Shown here: piece after piece, positions 63,122 through 64,000 of the stretch
Position numbering within the stretch: the first letter of the stretch is position 1
Layout of the letters: each line of letters starts with the position of its first letter
Source of the DNA: a virus
Length of the DNA: 64,000 nucleotides
Reading direction: 5' to 3' (one strand)
IMG/VR virus record: IMGVR_UViG_3300044510_000078
Position numbers and translations under genes: made by a program
Notes under the pieces: model-generated
Database searches by the model: none
Seen by the model: the letters and a program-made list of their open reading frames with translations, nothing else
Told to the model about the DNA's origin: nothing

Positions 63122-64000
63122 TCAAGAATTTGGTATCAAATTTCTTATATTTAAAAGTGTAGCTTGATAACCATTGTTTTGACCAATTAAAAATGATTCT
63201 TCTCCAATATGAATGGTTGGAGTAATAAAATTACAATGTTCTGCGCCGCCAGCCTTACAAGGGCTTATTGTCAAGTCTTGCGGGGTGCCAGAGGCGTTTT
63301 TACGTTCCTCCTCATATGGAGACATCCCCGGTCCACGTAAACGTTGCTGTGGGCTGGTTGAGGATGAAGGGGAGACGTTTCTATCGGTGTCTGAGGCGTT
63401 ATTCGTAATTCTTGTGATAGCTTTCATTGAAACGCCAGCTAATCCATCCTGTCCATTAGCGGTCATCATATCCAGTAATTTACCACCGGGGAAAAATCCA
63501 TGACTATAACGCATACTCAAACAAGGGTCAAAACAAACGCCGTCTTTTAGATTTCTTTGAGAGCAATAATACTCATCATAAATAAATAAATTAGATTGTG
63601 CTATTTTTAAATATTTGCATTTCGCTTCATTACTGCCATTTGAATAGTCGTTCGGGTCTTCGCTAGTCAAGTCGTAATCGTTACAATTAATTCTAATATC
63701 TCCATATCCATAGCCCTCCCCCGGCCCACCACGTTTGCCAAAATATTTACCTCTTAATACAGCGGGGTTTTCATTAGGAAAAGCTTTTTCCCGCCAAGTC
63801 TTCATCAATGCTATTAAGGCGTTGCGAGCTGAATTACCGTTGATGGGACTACTTAGGCTCAAATTTTTAGTTTTAAGGTAAAGACCGTAAGCGGCTGGCG
63901 AATCATACATTAAAGAATACTTGCTTCCATAACTCATTGAATACAAACCCTCCGTGACTCCGTTTCCATTTCTATCTCTATTATGTCTATTAACCTTCCA
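63122..64000 (-). CDS. hypothetical protein, 5'-truncated by window edge (probable virion protein)
   Basis: Frame stays open from 63946 to the window end. Confidence 0.7.
   Translation of the reverse strand, partial: WKVNRHNRDRNGNGVTEGLYSMSYGSKYSLMYDSPAAYGLYLKTKNLSLSSPINGNSARNALIALMKTWREKAFPNENPAVLRGKYFGKRGGPGEGYGYGDIRINCNDYDLTSEDPNDYSNGSNEAKCKYLKIAQSNLFIYDEYYCSQRNLKDGVCFDPCLSMRYSHGFFPGGKLLDMMTANGQDGLAGVSMKAITRITNNASDTDRNVSPSSSTSPQQRLRGPGMSPYEEERKNASGTPQDLTISPCKAGGAEHCNFITPTIHIGEESFLIGQNNGYQATLLNIRNLIPNS

Noticed and set aside
128-63503. Numerous short antisense or nested ORFs in the track (e.g. 1163-1363, 29346-29768, 30853-31074, 45011-45370, 58727-59077)
   Set aside because: They lie opposite well-supported genes and show no motifs; shadow ORFs.
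1-64000. Stop-codon reassignment (code 15 or 4), common in large phages
   Set aside because: Long genes are intact under code 11, and TAG/TGA end genes at expected positions (guaC ends in TAG, dnaE in TGA). The single internal TAG at 11665 lies in an already degraded ORF.

Overview
AT-rich, densely coding 64-kb fragment that reads as part of a large (probably jumbo) dsDNA bacteriophage genome. It uses genetic code 11; no rRNA, CRISPR array, integrase or transposase was seen. Most of 1-37.3 kb is on the minus strand: small accessory genes plus ATP-dependent DNA ligase, GuaC, an RlaP-like nucleotidyltransferase, a three-gene MotA/TolQ/ExbB-ExbD-like membrane module, a TrmH methylase, a DUF2828 (TROVE/vWA, Ro60-like) gene, Macro domain, AAA+ ATPase, pyrimidine-dimer glycosylase, ThyX, dCMP deaminase, both halves of HldE/RfaE, an ECF sigma factor, tRNA-Glu(CTC), a tmRNA and a class II ribonucleotide reductase. 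From 37.8 to 59.2 kb the plus strand carries a dNMP kinase, a second sigma factor, a ~10-kb glycosyltransferase/methyltransferase/Gmd island with a SET-domain gene, and a replication module (RecA, DnaB, DnaG, RecB-like nuclease, and a DnaE-type polymerase split into PHP, exonuclease and core genes). Two probable virion genes close the window. The best candidate for an undescribed system is the DUF2828 locus. Two 52-nt ACAGCA-loop hairpins start at the predicted transcription start, and the 3' UTR holds one antisense match to each, both with the same 2-nt GC bulge. Other highlights are the phage-encoded ion-motor-like module, the atypical basic tmRNA tag, and two promoter classes (leaderless sigma70-type and an AGTGTAAT motif). 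Several genes are broken by single-base homopolymer indels, so some breaks may be assembly errors. All family assignments come from motif recognition by eye; no database searches were run.
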